Shown here: piece by piece, positions 1-8,661 of the stretch
How positions within the stretch are numbered: the first letter of the stretch is position 1
Layout of the letters: the number at the start of each line of letters is the position of its first letter
Assembly: GCA_036001425.1 (NCBI GenBank)
Contig: DASYUI010000009.1
Coordinates: forward strand, 72,422 to 136,421
Reading direction: 5' to 3'
DNA length: 64,000 nucleotides
DNA from: Actinomycetota bacterium
GTDB taxonomy: Bacteria > Actinomycetota > UBA4738 > CALAEC01
Position numbers and translations under genes: made by a program
Notes under the pieces: generated by a model
Seen by the model: the letters and a program-made list of their open reading frames with translations, nothing else
Database searches by the model: none
What the model was told of the DNA's origin: nothing

Positions 1-316
1 CCGCGACACCCACCGCGGCGATCCGGGAGCGGCGTGGCCGCTTCCGCGAAACGGCCCGCACCAGCCGTTCCTCGAGATCGGGAGGCGGCTGGGCCACCGG
101 GACCAGGAGTCCCAGCGCCGCGGCTCCTTCCGCCAGCTCTCGCGCCTCTTTCCTGCAGCCCGCGCACCATGCGAGGTGAGCATCGACCTCTCCACGGCGC
201 TCCCGCGGCAGTGTGCCCAGTGCATGCTCGGGCAGGTCGGGCCTCACGGCGGGGCAGTCCACGGCGCGCGCGCCGGCGCCGTCCACGGGAAGCGTCCCTC
301 CGCGGCGCGCGATCAC
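1..316 (-). CDS. Partial anti-sigma factor, zinc-finger (zf-HC2 / ZAS-type); extends beyond window start
   Basis: The minus-strand frame immediately after the sigma stop encodes VIARRGGTLPVDGAGARAVDCPAVRPDLPEHALGTLPRERRGEVDAHLAWCAGCRKEARELAEG.... It carries the H-x3-C-x2-C motif (HLAWCAGC). Its GTG start overlaps the sigma TGA (GTGA). It is absent from the ORF track because it runs off the window. Confidence 0.55.
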   Translation of the reverse strand, partial: MIARRGGTLPVDGAGARAVDCPAVRPDLPEHALGTLPRERRGEVDAHLAWCAGCRKEARELAEGAAALGLLVPVAQPPPDLEERLVRAVSRKRPRRSRIAAVGVA

Positions 317-876
317 AATTCCTCCTTGACGTGGATCGAGCGCAGCTTGATCAACACGCTGCGGAGCCTCGTCTTCACCGTTCCGAGCGGGATGCCCTCG
401 GCCTCGGCGATCTCCCGGGCGGTCCATCCACGGAAATAGGCCAACTCGATGAGCTTGCGCTCCCGCACACTCAACACGCCGAGGATCCTGTGTGCCTCCT
501 GGCGGTCCAGGACCAACTCCTCGTCGCTCTCCCCAATCTCGGGAATCCCCTCGAGCCCACCGACTGTCTCGGGAGTGCGAGCGGCCGTGCGCCGCAGGCG
601 GTCGACGGCCATGTTGTGGGCGATGGCCATGAGCCACGTCGAGAGCCGTCCGCGGGCCGGGTCGAAGCGGGCGGCCTTCCTCCACGCCGTGAGGAAGACG
701 TCCTGGGTGAGCTCCTCGGCTGCCTCTCGGCTGCCGAGCAGGCGATGGCCGACGCCGAACACGGGTCTGGCGAACCGCCGGTAGATCGTGCGGATCGCCG
801 TCTCGTCGCCTGTTGCCAGCCGCTGCATCAGCTCCTGCTCTCCCAGGGGCGTGAGGGGCTCCCGAGGATCGCTCAC
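313..876 (-). CDS. ECF (sigma-70 family, sigma-24-like) RNA polymerase sigma factor
   Basis: 187 aa with region 2 (DVFLTAWRKAARFDP) and region 4 (LIELAYFRGWTAREIAEAEGIPLGTVKTRL) signatures. GTG start. Confidence 0.85.
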   Translation of the reverse strand: MSDPREPLTPLGEQELMQRLATGDETAIRTIYRRFARPVFGVGHRLLGSREAAEELTQDVFLTAWRKAARFDPARGRLSTWLMAIAHNMAVDRLRRTAARTPETVGGLEGIPEIGESDEELVLDRQEAHRILGVLSVRERKLIELAYFRGWTAREIAEAEGIPLGTVKTRLRSVLIKLRSIHVKEEL

Positions 877-921
877 CGATCCCCCCTAGGAGGTGATACG
901 CGGCCTGGGGCACCTGCGATT

Positions 922-948
922 GTCACGAGCGGCTCGCTCCTCTGTTCA
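922..948 (-). promoter_or_regulatory. Candidate ECF-type promoter (-35 TGAAC, 16-nt spacer, -10 CGTG) upstream of the sigma gene
   Basis: On the minus strand the sequence reads TGAAC-agaggagcgagccgct-CGTG, about 45-70 nt upstream of the sigma start. It resembles the GGAAC-N16/17-CGTT autoregulatory ECF promoters. This is a hand-found match only. Confidence 0.2.
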
Positions 949-1195
949 TCCTCCTCATCGAGACGCCCCGATCCTTCGACTCGTTGCGTCTCGCCAGGGG
1001 AGCGCAGCAGCCTGATCCGCTCGGCTCCGCCTCGCGGGGCTGCTGGTACCCCACGGATCTCGCTCGCTTCGCTCGCTGCGATCCGCGGGGACCCCGAGAC
1101 TTTCCCCCTGGACCCCCCGATTATCCGTCGGCCAGACGGTCGAGGGGAGCCGCCGGCTCGCTTGTGGTGATTCTCGGCCGGGAGCGGTGTGGAGG

Positions 1196-1879
1196 TTAGG
1201 CCTCGCTGCGCGGCGGCCCGGCCCGGAGCCGGCACAACCCCCGCTCGGCGAACGGCTTGAACTCCCGGAGCGTGATCCGCGGCTTGAGCCCGGCCAGCAT
1301 CCCCTCGATCAGCCCCCGGTGAAGGGTGCACACGAGGTCGCGGTAGTCGTCGGCCAGGTCCCGGAACGGGCACGCTCGAAGGGTGACCTCCACGGAGGCG
1401 CCGTCTCGCCGGAAGCGAGGATCGAAGCCCGCAACCGCCATGGCCTCCCGGAGAACGGCCAGGTTTCGGCGGGCCGGCAGCCGCACGCCGGGCTTTGGTC
1501 CCCCCTGGGACACGAGGTAGGCACCCCACTCCTGCGCGAGCCCCGCGGCCCGGGCGATCTCCCGGGGAGTGCGAATCGTCCCGCACAGCATCTCGGCCAG
1601 GAACCGGTAGTCCTTCCCCCCCTCCCCGGAACCCTCCAGTGCCTCGTAGAGCATCTGGGGACGGCCGACGGCGGCGGTCTTGCGCACCTGGTGGGAGACG
1701 AGGCCCGCCTCCTCAAGCCTTCGGAGGTGTGGGCGGAGGGTGTTCGGGTGCAGGGAGAGCCGCCGGGACAGCTCCCGGACCGATACCGGGCGCCCGGTCA
1801 GGCGCAGGTAGCGGTACAGCCGGAACCGGGTGTCCTCCGCGAGGGCCCTGTGGATCTCCAGGCTCTTCTCGTCCACCAT
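1196..1879 (-). CDS. ArsR-type helix-turn-helix transcriptional regulator with C-terminal domain
   Basis: N-terminal winged-HTH (HRALAEDTRFRLYRYLRLTGRPVSVRELSRRLSLHPNTLRPHLRRLEEAGLV). The start is taken at the internal ATG (MVDEKS), since the upstream part of the ORF overlaps the divergent mrp gene. Confidence 0.6.
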   Translation of the reverse strand: MVDEKSLEIHRALAEDTRFRLYRYLRLTGRPVSVRELSRRLSLHPNTLRPHLRRLEEAGLVSHQVRKTAAVGRPQMLYEALEGSGEGGKDYRFLAEMLCGTIRTPREIARAAGLAQEWGAYLVSQGGPKPGVRLPARRNLAVLREAMAVAGFDPRFRRDGASVEVTLRACPFRDLADDYRDLVCTLHRGLIEGMLAGLKPRITLREFKPFAERGLCRLRAGPPRSEA

Positions 1880-2007
1880 CGCCGTCTCCGGGGTGCGTCC
1901 CGGAGGCCCCGCGGGACCGGGATTTCCCCCATTGGCACCGTAGGAAACAGGATAAACTGGGGGCGCGGGCGGAGAGCGGCTCCCGCCCATCAGGAGGTCA
2001 ATCCTAC

Positions 2008-3117
2008 TTGGTCAGCGAAGACAGGGTCCGCCAGGCGCTCCGGAACGTCCTCGACCCCGAGATCGGGAAGCCCATCGAGGATCTGGGGATGCTTCAGGGC
2101 ATCGAGGTGGACGACGGGCTGGTACGCGTGCACGTCCTCCTCACCATCGCCGGGTGCCCGCTGAAGGATCGGATCGACCGCGACGTCCGCGGTGCCCTGG
2201 CGGACGTCGAGGGCGTGCGGGACGTCGAGGTGGTCCTCGGCGAGATGACCGGAGACCAGCGCGAGCAGCTCGTTGGCCAGCTGCGCGGAGGCCAGCCCCC
2301 GCAGCAGACCTTCTTCACCGAGGGCGACACCGAGGTCATCGCCGTCGCGTCCGGCAAGGGTGGCGTGGGCAAGTCCAGTCTAACCGCGAACCTGGCGGTG
2401 GCCCTATCGGCCGCGGGCTATCGCGTGGGGGTCCTCGACGCGGACGTGTGGGGGTTCTCGATCCCTCGTATGCTGGGCGTCTTCGGTCAGCCCGTGGCGT
2501 TCAACAACATGATCCTCCCGCTCGAGGCCCACGGGGTGAGGGTCATCTCGATGGGATTCTTCGTTCCCGACGAGCAACCAGTGATCTGGCGGGGGCCGAT
2601 GCTGCACAAGGCCATCCAGCAGTTTCTCGGCGACGTCTACTGGGGCGATCTCGACTTCCTGCTGATCGACATGCCGCCGGGAACCGGAGACGTGTCGCTG
2701 TCGTTGGCGACGTTCCTTCCCGGTGGTTCGATGCTCGTGGTGACCACTCCGCAGGACGCAGCGAGGAAGGTCGCGGAGCGGGCCGGGCGGATGGCCCAGC
2801 ATCCAAACGTCAAGCTCCGACTGGTCGGGGTGGTCGAGAACATGGCCGGGTTCGTGTGCCCCCACTGCGGGGAGATTACCGACGTGTTCGGTCGCGGCGG
2901 CGGCGAGAAGACCGCCGAGGCCCTCGGCGCGCCGTTCCTCGGCCACGTGCCCATGCAGATCTCGCTGCGCGAGGGCTCCGATACCGGAACACCCGTGGTC
3001 GTGAGCGAGCCAGACTCCCCGGCCGGCCGGGCCTTCCGGGAGCTGGCCGACAAGGTCGCCAAGCTCACCAAGACGAAGGTGGGGAAGCCTCTCCGGCTCA
3101 CCGTGTCGCCCGGGTAG
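2008..3117 (+). CDS. apbC: Mrp/ApbC/NBP35-family Fe-S cluster carrier ATPase
   Basis: N-terminal DUF59/MIP18-like domain (VLDPEIGKPIEDLGML), P-loop GKGGVGKS, and the CPHC motif (FVCPHCGE). A TTG start at 2008 is preceded by AGGAGG. The ORF-track N-terminus is an artefact overlapping the ArsR gene. Confidence 0.85.
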   Translation: MVSEDRVRQALRNVLDPEIGKPIEDLGMLQGIEVDDGLVRVHVLLTIAGCPLKDRIDRDVRGALADVEGVRDVEVVLGEMTGDQREQLVGQLRGGQPPQQTFFTEGDTEVIAVASGKGGVGKSSLTANLAVALSAAGYRVGVLDADVWGFSIPRMLGVFGQPVAFNNMILPLEAHGVRVISMGFFVPDEQPVIWRGPMLHKAIQQFLGDVYWGDLDFLLIDMPPGTGDVSLSLATFLPGGSMLVVTTPQDAARKVAERAGRMAQHPNVKLRLVGVVENMAGFVCPHCGEITDVFGRGGGEKTAEALGAPFLGHVPMQISLREGSDTGTPVVVSEPDSPAGRAFRELADKVAKLTKTKVGKPLRLTVSPG

Positions 3118-3123
3118 GGGCGA

Positions 3124-4143
3124 TCAGTCCCGCTTCTCTTTCGATTCTCTGGGCTCTCGGGGAGGGACGAACACCGTCGACCGCAGGTCGATCCGTTTCC
3201 ACAACCGGCCATCGAGGGGCCGCCCTCTGGCCGCGCCGATGGGGAGCGGACGCACAGCCCACATGACCAGGAAGGCGATCGCCAGCGCCGCGGCGGCCAG
3301 CGCAGTCCACTGGCTGCCGGTGAGCCCGAACCACGTCTTGTCGACGCGCAGGAAGTCCGTGATCACCCGGCCGAGGCCGTACCAGACGGCGAACGCGGCG
3401 ATCAGCACGCCTTCCCGGCGCACCCGGCGGTTCAGCAAGAACAGGAACGCGAACAAGCCCAGCGCGATGATCATGTCGTAGAGCGCGGTCTGGTGGACGG
3501 CCGGGCCCTGGGCGACGAGCCCACCGGTCTCCGAGAAGAGCCTCGCTCCCCCACGGGCGATCGTCTGGATGCTGCCGTCCTCCAGCGTGGCCGTCCACGT
3601 GCTGGTGTTCGGTTCCAGGCTCCACGGCCCGGGCAGGGCCCCTCCCGCATAGCGGAAGCCGAGAAGGAAGGTCGTCGGCTTGCCGAGGTGGTCGCCGATG
3701 ATCAGGTCGCCGATCCGGCCGATCCCGATGCCGAACGCCAGTCCGATCGAGGCCGCGTCCATCAGCTGCCCGAACCGGTATCCATGGCGCCGGGCCACGG
3801 GGTAGCCGAAGATCACCGCGCCCATGATGCCCCCGATGAGGCTGATGCCCCCGCGCCACACGGCGAGCATGTCGCCGATGCTCTCGAACTCTGAATAGTG
3901 ACCGAGGACGAAGAAGCCGCGCGCACCGACGATGGCCCCGACCAGCGCCCACATCACCAGGGAGCTGACATGCTCCTCGGCCATCCCCCGCTTCTTCCCT
4001 TCCCGGAGGAACCACCACGAGCCGAGGAGGTACCCGACGGCGATCCCGATCCCGTGGGGCGAGATGGCGATCGGGCCAAACCGGATCCGGTCGAGCACCG
4101 GCCAGCTCACGACGGCAAGCGACGTCAGCGAGGCGAGGCCCAC
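3124..4143 (-). CDS. lgt: Prolipoprotein diacylglyceryl transferase
   Basis: Lgt signatures are present (WPVLDRIRFGPIAISPHGIGIAVGYLLG; GRIGDLIIGDHLGKPT). It is polytopic. A GTG start at 4143 (VGLASL) is preferred over the far-upstream ATG. Confidence 0.85.
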   Translation of the reverse strand: MGLASLTSLAVVSWPVLDRIRFGPIAISPHGIGIAVGYLLGSWWFLREGKKRGMAEEHVSSLVMWALVGAIVGARGFFVLGHYSEFESIGDMLAVWRGGISLIGGIMGAVIFGYPVARRHGYRFGQLMDAASIGLAFGIGIGRIGDLIIGDHLGKPTTFLLGFRYAGGALPGPWSLEPNTSTWTATLEDGSIQTIARGGARLFSETGGLVAQGPAVHQTALYDMIIALGLFAFLFLLNRRVRREGVLIAAFAVWYGLGRVITDFLRVDKTWFGLTGSQWTALAAAALAIAFLVMWAVRPLPIGAARGRPLDGRLWKRIDLRSTVFVPPREPRESKEKRD

Positions 4144-4153
4144 GTAGGCGAGT

Positions 4154-4774
4154 CTATCCGAGGGTTGTGGGATCGGTCCTGGGGGAGATTCCGGCCGACC
4201 AGAGGTCGGCGACCGCCCGCCCGAGGAGCAGGCCCCCGGCGACGTCGGCCGGGTAGTGCACCCCCAGGTACACGCGCGACACGGCAACTAGCCCGGCGAG
4301 TCCGGTCAGCGCACGTCGTTCGCGGAGCGGAAGCTCGAGATCTCTCGCCGCCACCGTGACGAACGCCAGGAGCACGGCCGGGTGGCTGCTCGGCCACGAG
4401 GCACCCCGAGGTCTGCCGATCAGCAGGCGATTCGGGTTGCCGGTCTCGTAGGGACGTGCCCGTCGGAAGGCTTCCTTGAGGACCTGGCCCAACCCCCACA
4501 TCGCGGCGGCCGCGCCGAGGGCGTCCAGCCCCTCGCGGCGCCGCCCCCGAAGCGCGAGTGCGGCGGCTGCCCCCCCAGACGCGTACAGGGAACCGAGCTC
4601 GGTGATCGCCCGGAAGAACCGGTCCAGGATGGGATGGTGGATGTCGGTGTTCGCCCAGGCGAACACGCGGTCGTCGAGCGACCGGCCGCGCCCCCGGATG
4701 GTGGCCGCGGCCAGACCGAAGGCGGCCCCTACGAGCAGGGCGGTGCGCGTTTTGCTCAGTCGGTGGCGCTTCAC
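4154..4774 (-). CDS. PAP2-superfamily phosphatase (PgpB-like phosphatidylglycerophosphatase / phosphatidic acid phosphatase)
   Basis: PAP2 motifs are present: KEAFRRARP, SWPSSHP, SRVYLGVHYPADV. It sits 10 nt upstream of lgt on the same strand. Confidence 0.8.
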   Translation of the reverse strand: MKRHRLSKTRTALLVGAAFGLAAATIRGRGRSLDDRVFAWANTDIHHPILDRFFRAITELGSLYASGGAAAALALRGRRREGLDALGAAAAMWGLGQVLKEAFRRARPYETGNPNRLLIGRPRGASWPSSHPAVLLAFVTVAARDLELPLRERRALTGLAGLVAVSRVYLGVHYPADVAGGLLLGRAVADLWSAGISPRTDPTTLG

Positions 4775-4870
4775 GGTTCGGCCATCGAACCGTCGAGGTG
4801 AACGCGCTGGCGCCTGGTCCTGAACGTGCTCCGAGGATAATGTGCCCCGGGGTCAGGCGGGGAGACCGGG

Positions 4871-5212
4871 ATGGCGCACGGAGACGGGGGATCGGAGCGG
4901 CAGGGGCGGCCCGGGCAGGGCGGCGCTGCGCCTCCGGCCGAGCGCCCCTGGAAGGTCGAGCCGGGAACGGCGATCAAGGTGGGCCTGGGCCTGTTCCTCC
5001 TCGTCGTCTTCATCCTCTTCATCATCCAGAACTCCGACCCGGTCCTGGTGAACTTCGTGTTCTTCCGGGCGAACATCCGGCTCATCTGGGTGTTCCTTGG
5101 ATGCGCCGTGATCGGGGGGGTCATCGCCTGGCTCGTCGGGAGGCCCCGGCGACGGGCCATGAAGCGCCTCATCGACGAGCTCGAGCGGCAGCGCAGGGAC
5201 CGCGGCTCCTGA
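4871..5212 (+). CDS. LapA-family (DUF1049) small inner-membrane protein
   Basis: A single hydrophobic core (VGLGLFLLVVFILFIIQNSDPVLVNFVFFRANIRLIWVFLGCAVIGGVIAWLV) is followed by a basic tail. The true start may be internal. Confidence 0.5.
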   Translation: MAHGDGGSERQGRPGQGGAAPPAERPWKVEPGTAIKVGLGLFLLVVFILFIIQNSDPVLVNFVFFRANIRLIWVFLGCAVIGGVIAWLVGRPRRRAMKRLIDELERQRRDRGS

Positions 5213-5248
5213 CCGGGCAGGTCACGCGTGTCTCGATCGCCCGGCCCA

Positions 5249-5695
5249 CTACCCTCGCTCGACCTGCCGCTTCTGAGCTCGGGTCCCGCGCCGGAGGAGC
5301 GTGCCCGCCCCCATCACCCGGAGCCCCTGGTCGATGATCCGCCCGGCTGGTCCGATCCGCTTCACGCGGTAGGTCACCTCGTGGTCGAGGCGGGAGCGCG
5401 CCTTCCCCGCCGGACGCACCCACGTGCGCACCAGGGCCTCGAGCGGTCCGGTGAGGCGGATCTCCGCGTACCTCGGAGGATCGATCCTCAGGACCTCGGC
5501 GTGGACATCGAAGGGGACCCCCACCACCCGCAGGCTCGTCGTGTACCGGGATCCGGGCTTGAGACCGTCCTCGGGCACCCCGGTGACCTTCTTGATGTGC
5601 TGGTTCCACCGGGGGAGGTTCCGTGGATCGGAGATGATCTGCCAGACCGTCTCGGGAGAAGCATCGATGATCTCCGACGCCCGCACGACGCTCAC
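5249..5695 (-). CDS. SRPBCC-family protein (polyketide cyclase/dehydrase-like, START/Bet v1 fold)
   Basis: 148 aa, beginning MSVVRASEIIDASPETVWQIISDPRNLPRWNQ, which is typical of the SRPBCC N-terminus. Its ATG overlaps the upstream gene's stop (ATGA). Confidence 0.7.
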   Translation of the reverse strand: MSVVRASEIIDASPETVWQIISDPRNLPRWNQHIKKVTGVPEDGLKPGSRYTTSLRVVGVPFDVHAEVLRIDPPRYAEIRLTGPLEALVRTWVRPAGKARSRLDHEVTYRVKRIGPAGRIIDQGLRVMGAGTLLRRGTRAQKRQVERG

Positions 5696-6696
5696 CGGCT
5701 CACCCTACCCCCGCCCCCCGGCGCTTCATGCTTTCCGTCGCGGCCGCCGACCGTACCGCTCGCCCAGCCCTTCCACCACACGACGGCATCGGGTCGCACC
5801 CGGACGACCGCAGGCTCATCGGGGAGAGGCTCCGCGGCTCCGAGCCGGCGGGCCAAGGAGTCGCGGCCGCTCCGGACCCGCGCTAACACGAACGCATCGG
5901 CGCGTCCTCGTACCAGGAGTCCCTTCATGTCGGCGGCTCGCCACCTGGAGGCCCGGTCGGCCACGAGCCCCGCCCGCTCCGCGCCGGTCCCGGCCAGGGC
6001 GAGGAGGCGCCGGGCGAGCACGGCGTAGTACGCCCCGTCCCCCGCGTGCCGGACCCATCGCGCCGGAAGGACCGCGACACCGCCGGACCCCTCGAGCGCG
6101 AGCACGCCGTCTCCCGCGGCGCCCACGGCTTCCCGGACCTGGACGGGCACTTCCCTATCCGCCAACGCGCCTCGCGTCGCCCGGAACGCGTCCTGGGACT
6201 GGGCCCGGGCACTCCACCGGCCCCACCGCTCGATGATCTGTCCCGCCCCCGGATCGAGGATCGTCCCGTCCTCCATCTCGACCGAGAAGAACACTCGCCC
6301 CGGCGGCGTCCACGAGAAAGGCACGCGGCGGGCATCGAGCGCATACCCGGCGAAGAACGGGGCGTTCTTGAGCGTGAATGCCACCGAGGCTCGAACCACG
6401 GACGGGGCACCCCGGATCGTCGAGCCCCACGTCCCTGGGTCCAGCGCGTCGTACGTGGTGACCGATCCTCGGAACGACAGCGCCGTGGATCCCCACCGAA
6501 TCAATCCGGCTGCGCGGGGATCGCGCCGCCACGTTTTGGCCTTCACCGTCCTTCGCGCGGTGGTCCCCCACAGGCGGCCGGCGTGGAATGCGAACACCAC
6601 CGGAGTGACGTGGGGCCCCAGGGGCCGGCCCACCGCCAGGTAGCACAGCCGTCCCTGGCGGAGGATCTCCTCCGCCGGTGCGGAGAGTCCCCTCAT
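5692..6696 (-). CDS. Pyridoxamine 5'-phosphate oxidase-like (split-barrel FMN/F420-binding) protein, tandem two-domain
   Basis: The first domain reads LCYLAVGRPLGPHVTPVVFAF...; the second PNPOx-like half reads GDGVLALEGSGGVAVLPARWVRHAGDGAYYAV. The start is at MRGLS, overlapping the CPBP stop. Confidence 0.7.
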   Translation of the reverse strand: MRGLSAPAEEILRQGRLCYLAVGRPLGPHVTPVVFAFHAGRLWGTTARRTVKAKTWRRDPRAAGLIRWGSTALSFRGSVTTYDALDPGTWGSTIRGAPSVVRASVAFTLKNAPFFAGYALDARRVPFSWTPPGRVFFSVEMEDGTILDPGAGQIIERWGRWSARAQSQDAFRATRGALADREVPVQVREAVGAAGDGVLALEGSGGVAVLPARWVRHAGDGAYYAVLARRLLALAGTGAERAGLVADRASRWRAADMKGLLVRGRADAFVLARVRSGRDSLARRLGAAEPLPDEPAVVRVRPDAVVWWKGWASGTVGGRDGKHEAPGGGGRVSR

Positions 6697-7307
6697 GCGG
6701 GGTCCTCCAGCGGAACGGGAGGCAGCGCGACCATCAGCGCGGTCCACATGGCGTGGCAGGCCAGGCTGGCGACGACCCCGCCCGTCCAGGCGGCCAGGGC
6801 CGCCCACACCCCTCCGCCCACGACCGCGCCCAGCACCACGGGCACGCTTCCCGAGAACGCGTTGGCCCCCACGTACGCCGCCCAGGCGAGGACGGCCCCG
6901 GGGAGATCGCCCAGGGCCCCGCCGGCCACCCCCTGGACCACCCCCCGCCAGAAGAGCTCCTCACCAGCAGCGGAGACTCCGGCCGCCAGGAGGACGGCAG
7001 CGCCGAGGGACAGGCCACCCCGACGCCGGTACAGCGCCGTCGTATGGCGCGCCAACAGCCTCCAGCCACGGGTCATGGAGAGGAACGCCGCGGTGGCCAG
7101 GTACAGGGTCACCCCCGCGCCGAGACCCAGGGCCACCATCGTCGCCAAAGGGACCGCTTCACCGACATGAACCTCCCCCGTGAACAGAGAAAGGGCGCCC
7201 AGGGCTCCCAAGCATGCGGCCATGGTCGCCCAGACCGACGCCCGGCCCCTCAGGACGAGATTCCATGCCACCGCCACCGCGATCGAACCCACCACGGCCA
7301 GGGCCAC
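6693..7307 (-). CDS. CPBP-family intramembrane glutamic endopeptidase (CAAX protease-like)
   Basis: The EELFWRG motif (EExxxR) sits within a polytopic membrane protein. The start is uncertain: GTG candidates at 7307, 7295 and 7292, and an ATG at 7223. Confidence 0.7.
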   Translation of the reverse strand: MALAVVGSIAVAVAWNLVLRGRASVWATMAACLGALGALSLFTGEVHVGEAVPLATMVALGLGAGVTLYLATAAFLSMTRGWRLLARHTTALYRRRGGLSLGAAVLLAAGVSAAGEELFWRGVVQGVAGGALGDLPGAVLAWAAYVGANAFSGSVPVVLGAVVGGGVWAALAAWTGGVVASLACHAMWTALMVALPPVPLEDPA

Positions 7308-7363
7308 GGCGGGGACGCCTGCGCTGGGACCGGCCACCGCACTCGCCGGCGAGCCCACCGCGA

Positions 7364-8137
7364 CTAGCCCAGGAAGCCGATCTTCGCCGCCATCTCCGCG
7401 GTGAATGCGGTGATCACGGCGAGGTAGAAGAAGCCCGTGGCCGCCTGCACCGCTCTGGCCCGGGACCCGCGAAGGCTCGCTCGGATGAGCACGGCGATGA
7501 GGGCGGTGGCGGCGGCCATCCCGAGCGCCAGCCAGGAGGTGATCCCCGCGACGGAGAGGATCGCGCTGAACCCCGCCGCGGCCGCGGGAGTTCCACTGAA
7601 ACCCCCGGACACGATGGCCACAGCCTCCAACACGACCGCCGCGATGAGCAGGAGGGAGAGGCGTTGGATGTGCTCCCGCGAGAGCCGGCGGTCGGTGAGA
7701 TACCAGTGGCCGAGTAGGAGCCCGTCGGTGACGGATCCCATGAACGCCGCCCCGGCGAGCAGCATGAACAATGCCAGCGCGTACGAGGACCCTCCAAAGG
7801 AAGCCAAGGCGGCGAGCATGGCCACCGCCGACGCCACGGAGAGGAAACCGAGGAACCGTCCCGCCGCATTCAACCGGAACAGGAGGGCCACCAGCGACAG
7901 GCCCAACGCGCCGGCCGTGGTGGCGGTTGCCCGCCAGGCAAGGGTGGCCGGATCGCTCTCCGCAGCGGCGGACAGCGAGAGCGCGGCGAGCGCGGCGCAG
8001 CCGAACGCGACGGTCCCGGTGAGGATGAAGAAGCCTCTCTTCACCGCTCCCCACAACGGGGCCACCCACAGCACGGCGGCGGCTCCCGCGGCAGTCTCCG
8101 CGAGCACGAGTGCGAGGACCCCCGACGGCCCCCTCAT
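7364..8137 (-). CDS. Hypothetical polytopic membrane protein (Ala/Leu-rich, 6-7 TM)
   Basis: 257 aa with multiple hydrophobic segments and no recognisable motif. It is the first gene of the overlapping four-gene minus-strand operon. Confidence 0.5.
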   Translation of the reverse strand: MRGPSGVLALVLAETAAGAAAVLWVAPLWGAVKRGFFILTGTVAFGCAALAALSLSAAAESDPATLAWRATATTAGALGLSLVALLFRLNAAGRFLGFLSVASAVAMLAALASFGGSSYALALFMLLAGAAFMGSVTDGLLLGHWYLTDRRLSREHIQRLSLLLIAAVVLEAVAIVSGGFSGTPAAAAGFSAILSVAGITSWLALGMAAATALIAVLIRASLRGSRARAVQAATGFFYLAVITAFTAEMAAKIGFLG

Positions 8138-8213
8138 CGGCAGCGGGGATCGGAGTGGGAGTTCACGTGGAGGTGGGTTGGGCGTTCACCCGGCCCGAGG
8201 ATAGCCTAACGGC

Positions 8214-8603
8214 ATGGGCCCCCTGGAGCCGGGACTCGCCGCCACCGTGCGCCAGGTCGTCGGCGAGGACGACACGGCGGAGGCGATCGGGTCGGGAGAC
8301 GTCCCGGTCCTGGCCACGCCCGTCATCCTCACGCTGGTGGAGCGGGCGGCCGTCGCCGCCGTGGCCCCCCATCTCGAGCCGGCGACCACGACCGTCGGGG
8401 CCCGGGTCGGTCTCGACCACCTCTCTCCCACACCGGTCGGGGCGCGGGTGTCGGCCACCGCCCGGCTCGACTCGGTAGAGGGACGGAGGCTGAGGTTCTC
8501 CTTCGAGGTCTCCGACGGTCGGGGGGTGGTGGCCAGAGGGATCCACATCCGGGTGGTCGTGGGGCGGGACGCGTTCCTGGCGCAGGCGGGCCAGGGCGCG
8601 TAG
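8214..8603 (+). CDS. Hotdog-fold thioesterase family protein
   Basis: 129 aa with a DVPVLATPVILTLVERAAVAAV core, resembling the FlK/YbgC-type acyl-CoA thioesterases. Confidence 0.75.
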   Translation: MGPLEPGLAATVRQVVGEDDTAEAIGSGDVPVLATPVILTLVERAAVAAVAPHLEPATTTVGARVGLDHLSPTPVGARVSATARLDSVEGRRLRFSFEVSDGRGVVARGIHIRVVVGRDAFLAQAGQGA

Positions 8604-8661
8604 AGCACGGGTAGGACGAGGGCCCGGCACATCGGCCGGGCCCTCGAATTCGTCCCTCAGA

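Noticed and set aside
34-1170. 378-aa + strand ORF across the sigma/anti-sigma locus
   Set aside because: It is antisense to the ECF sigma and the ZAS anti-sigma, both of which have clear motifs, and has no recognisable domain.
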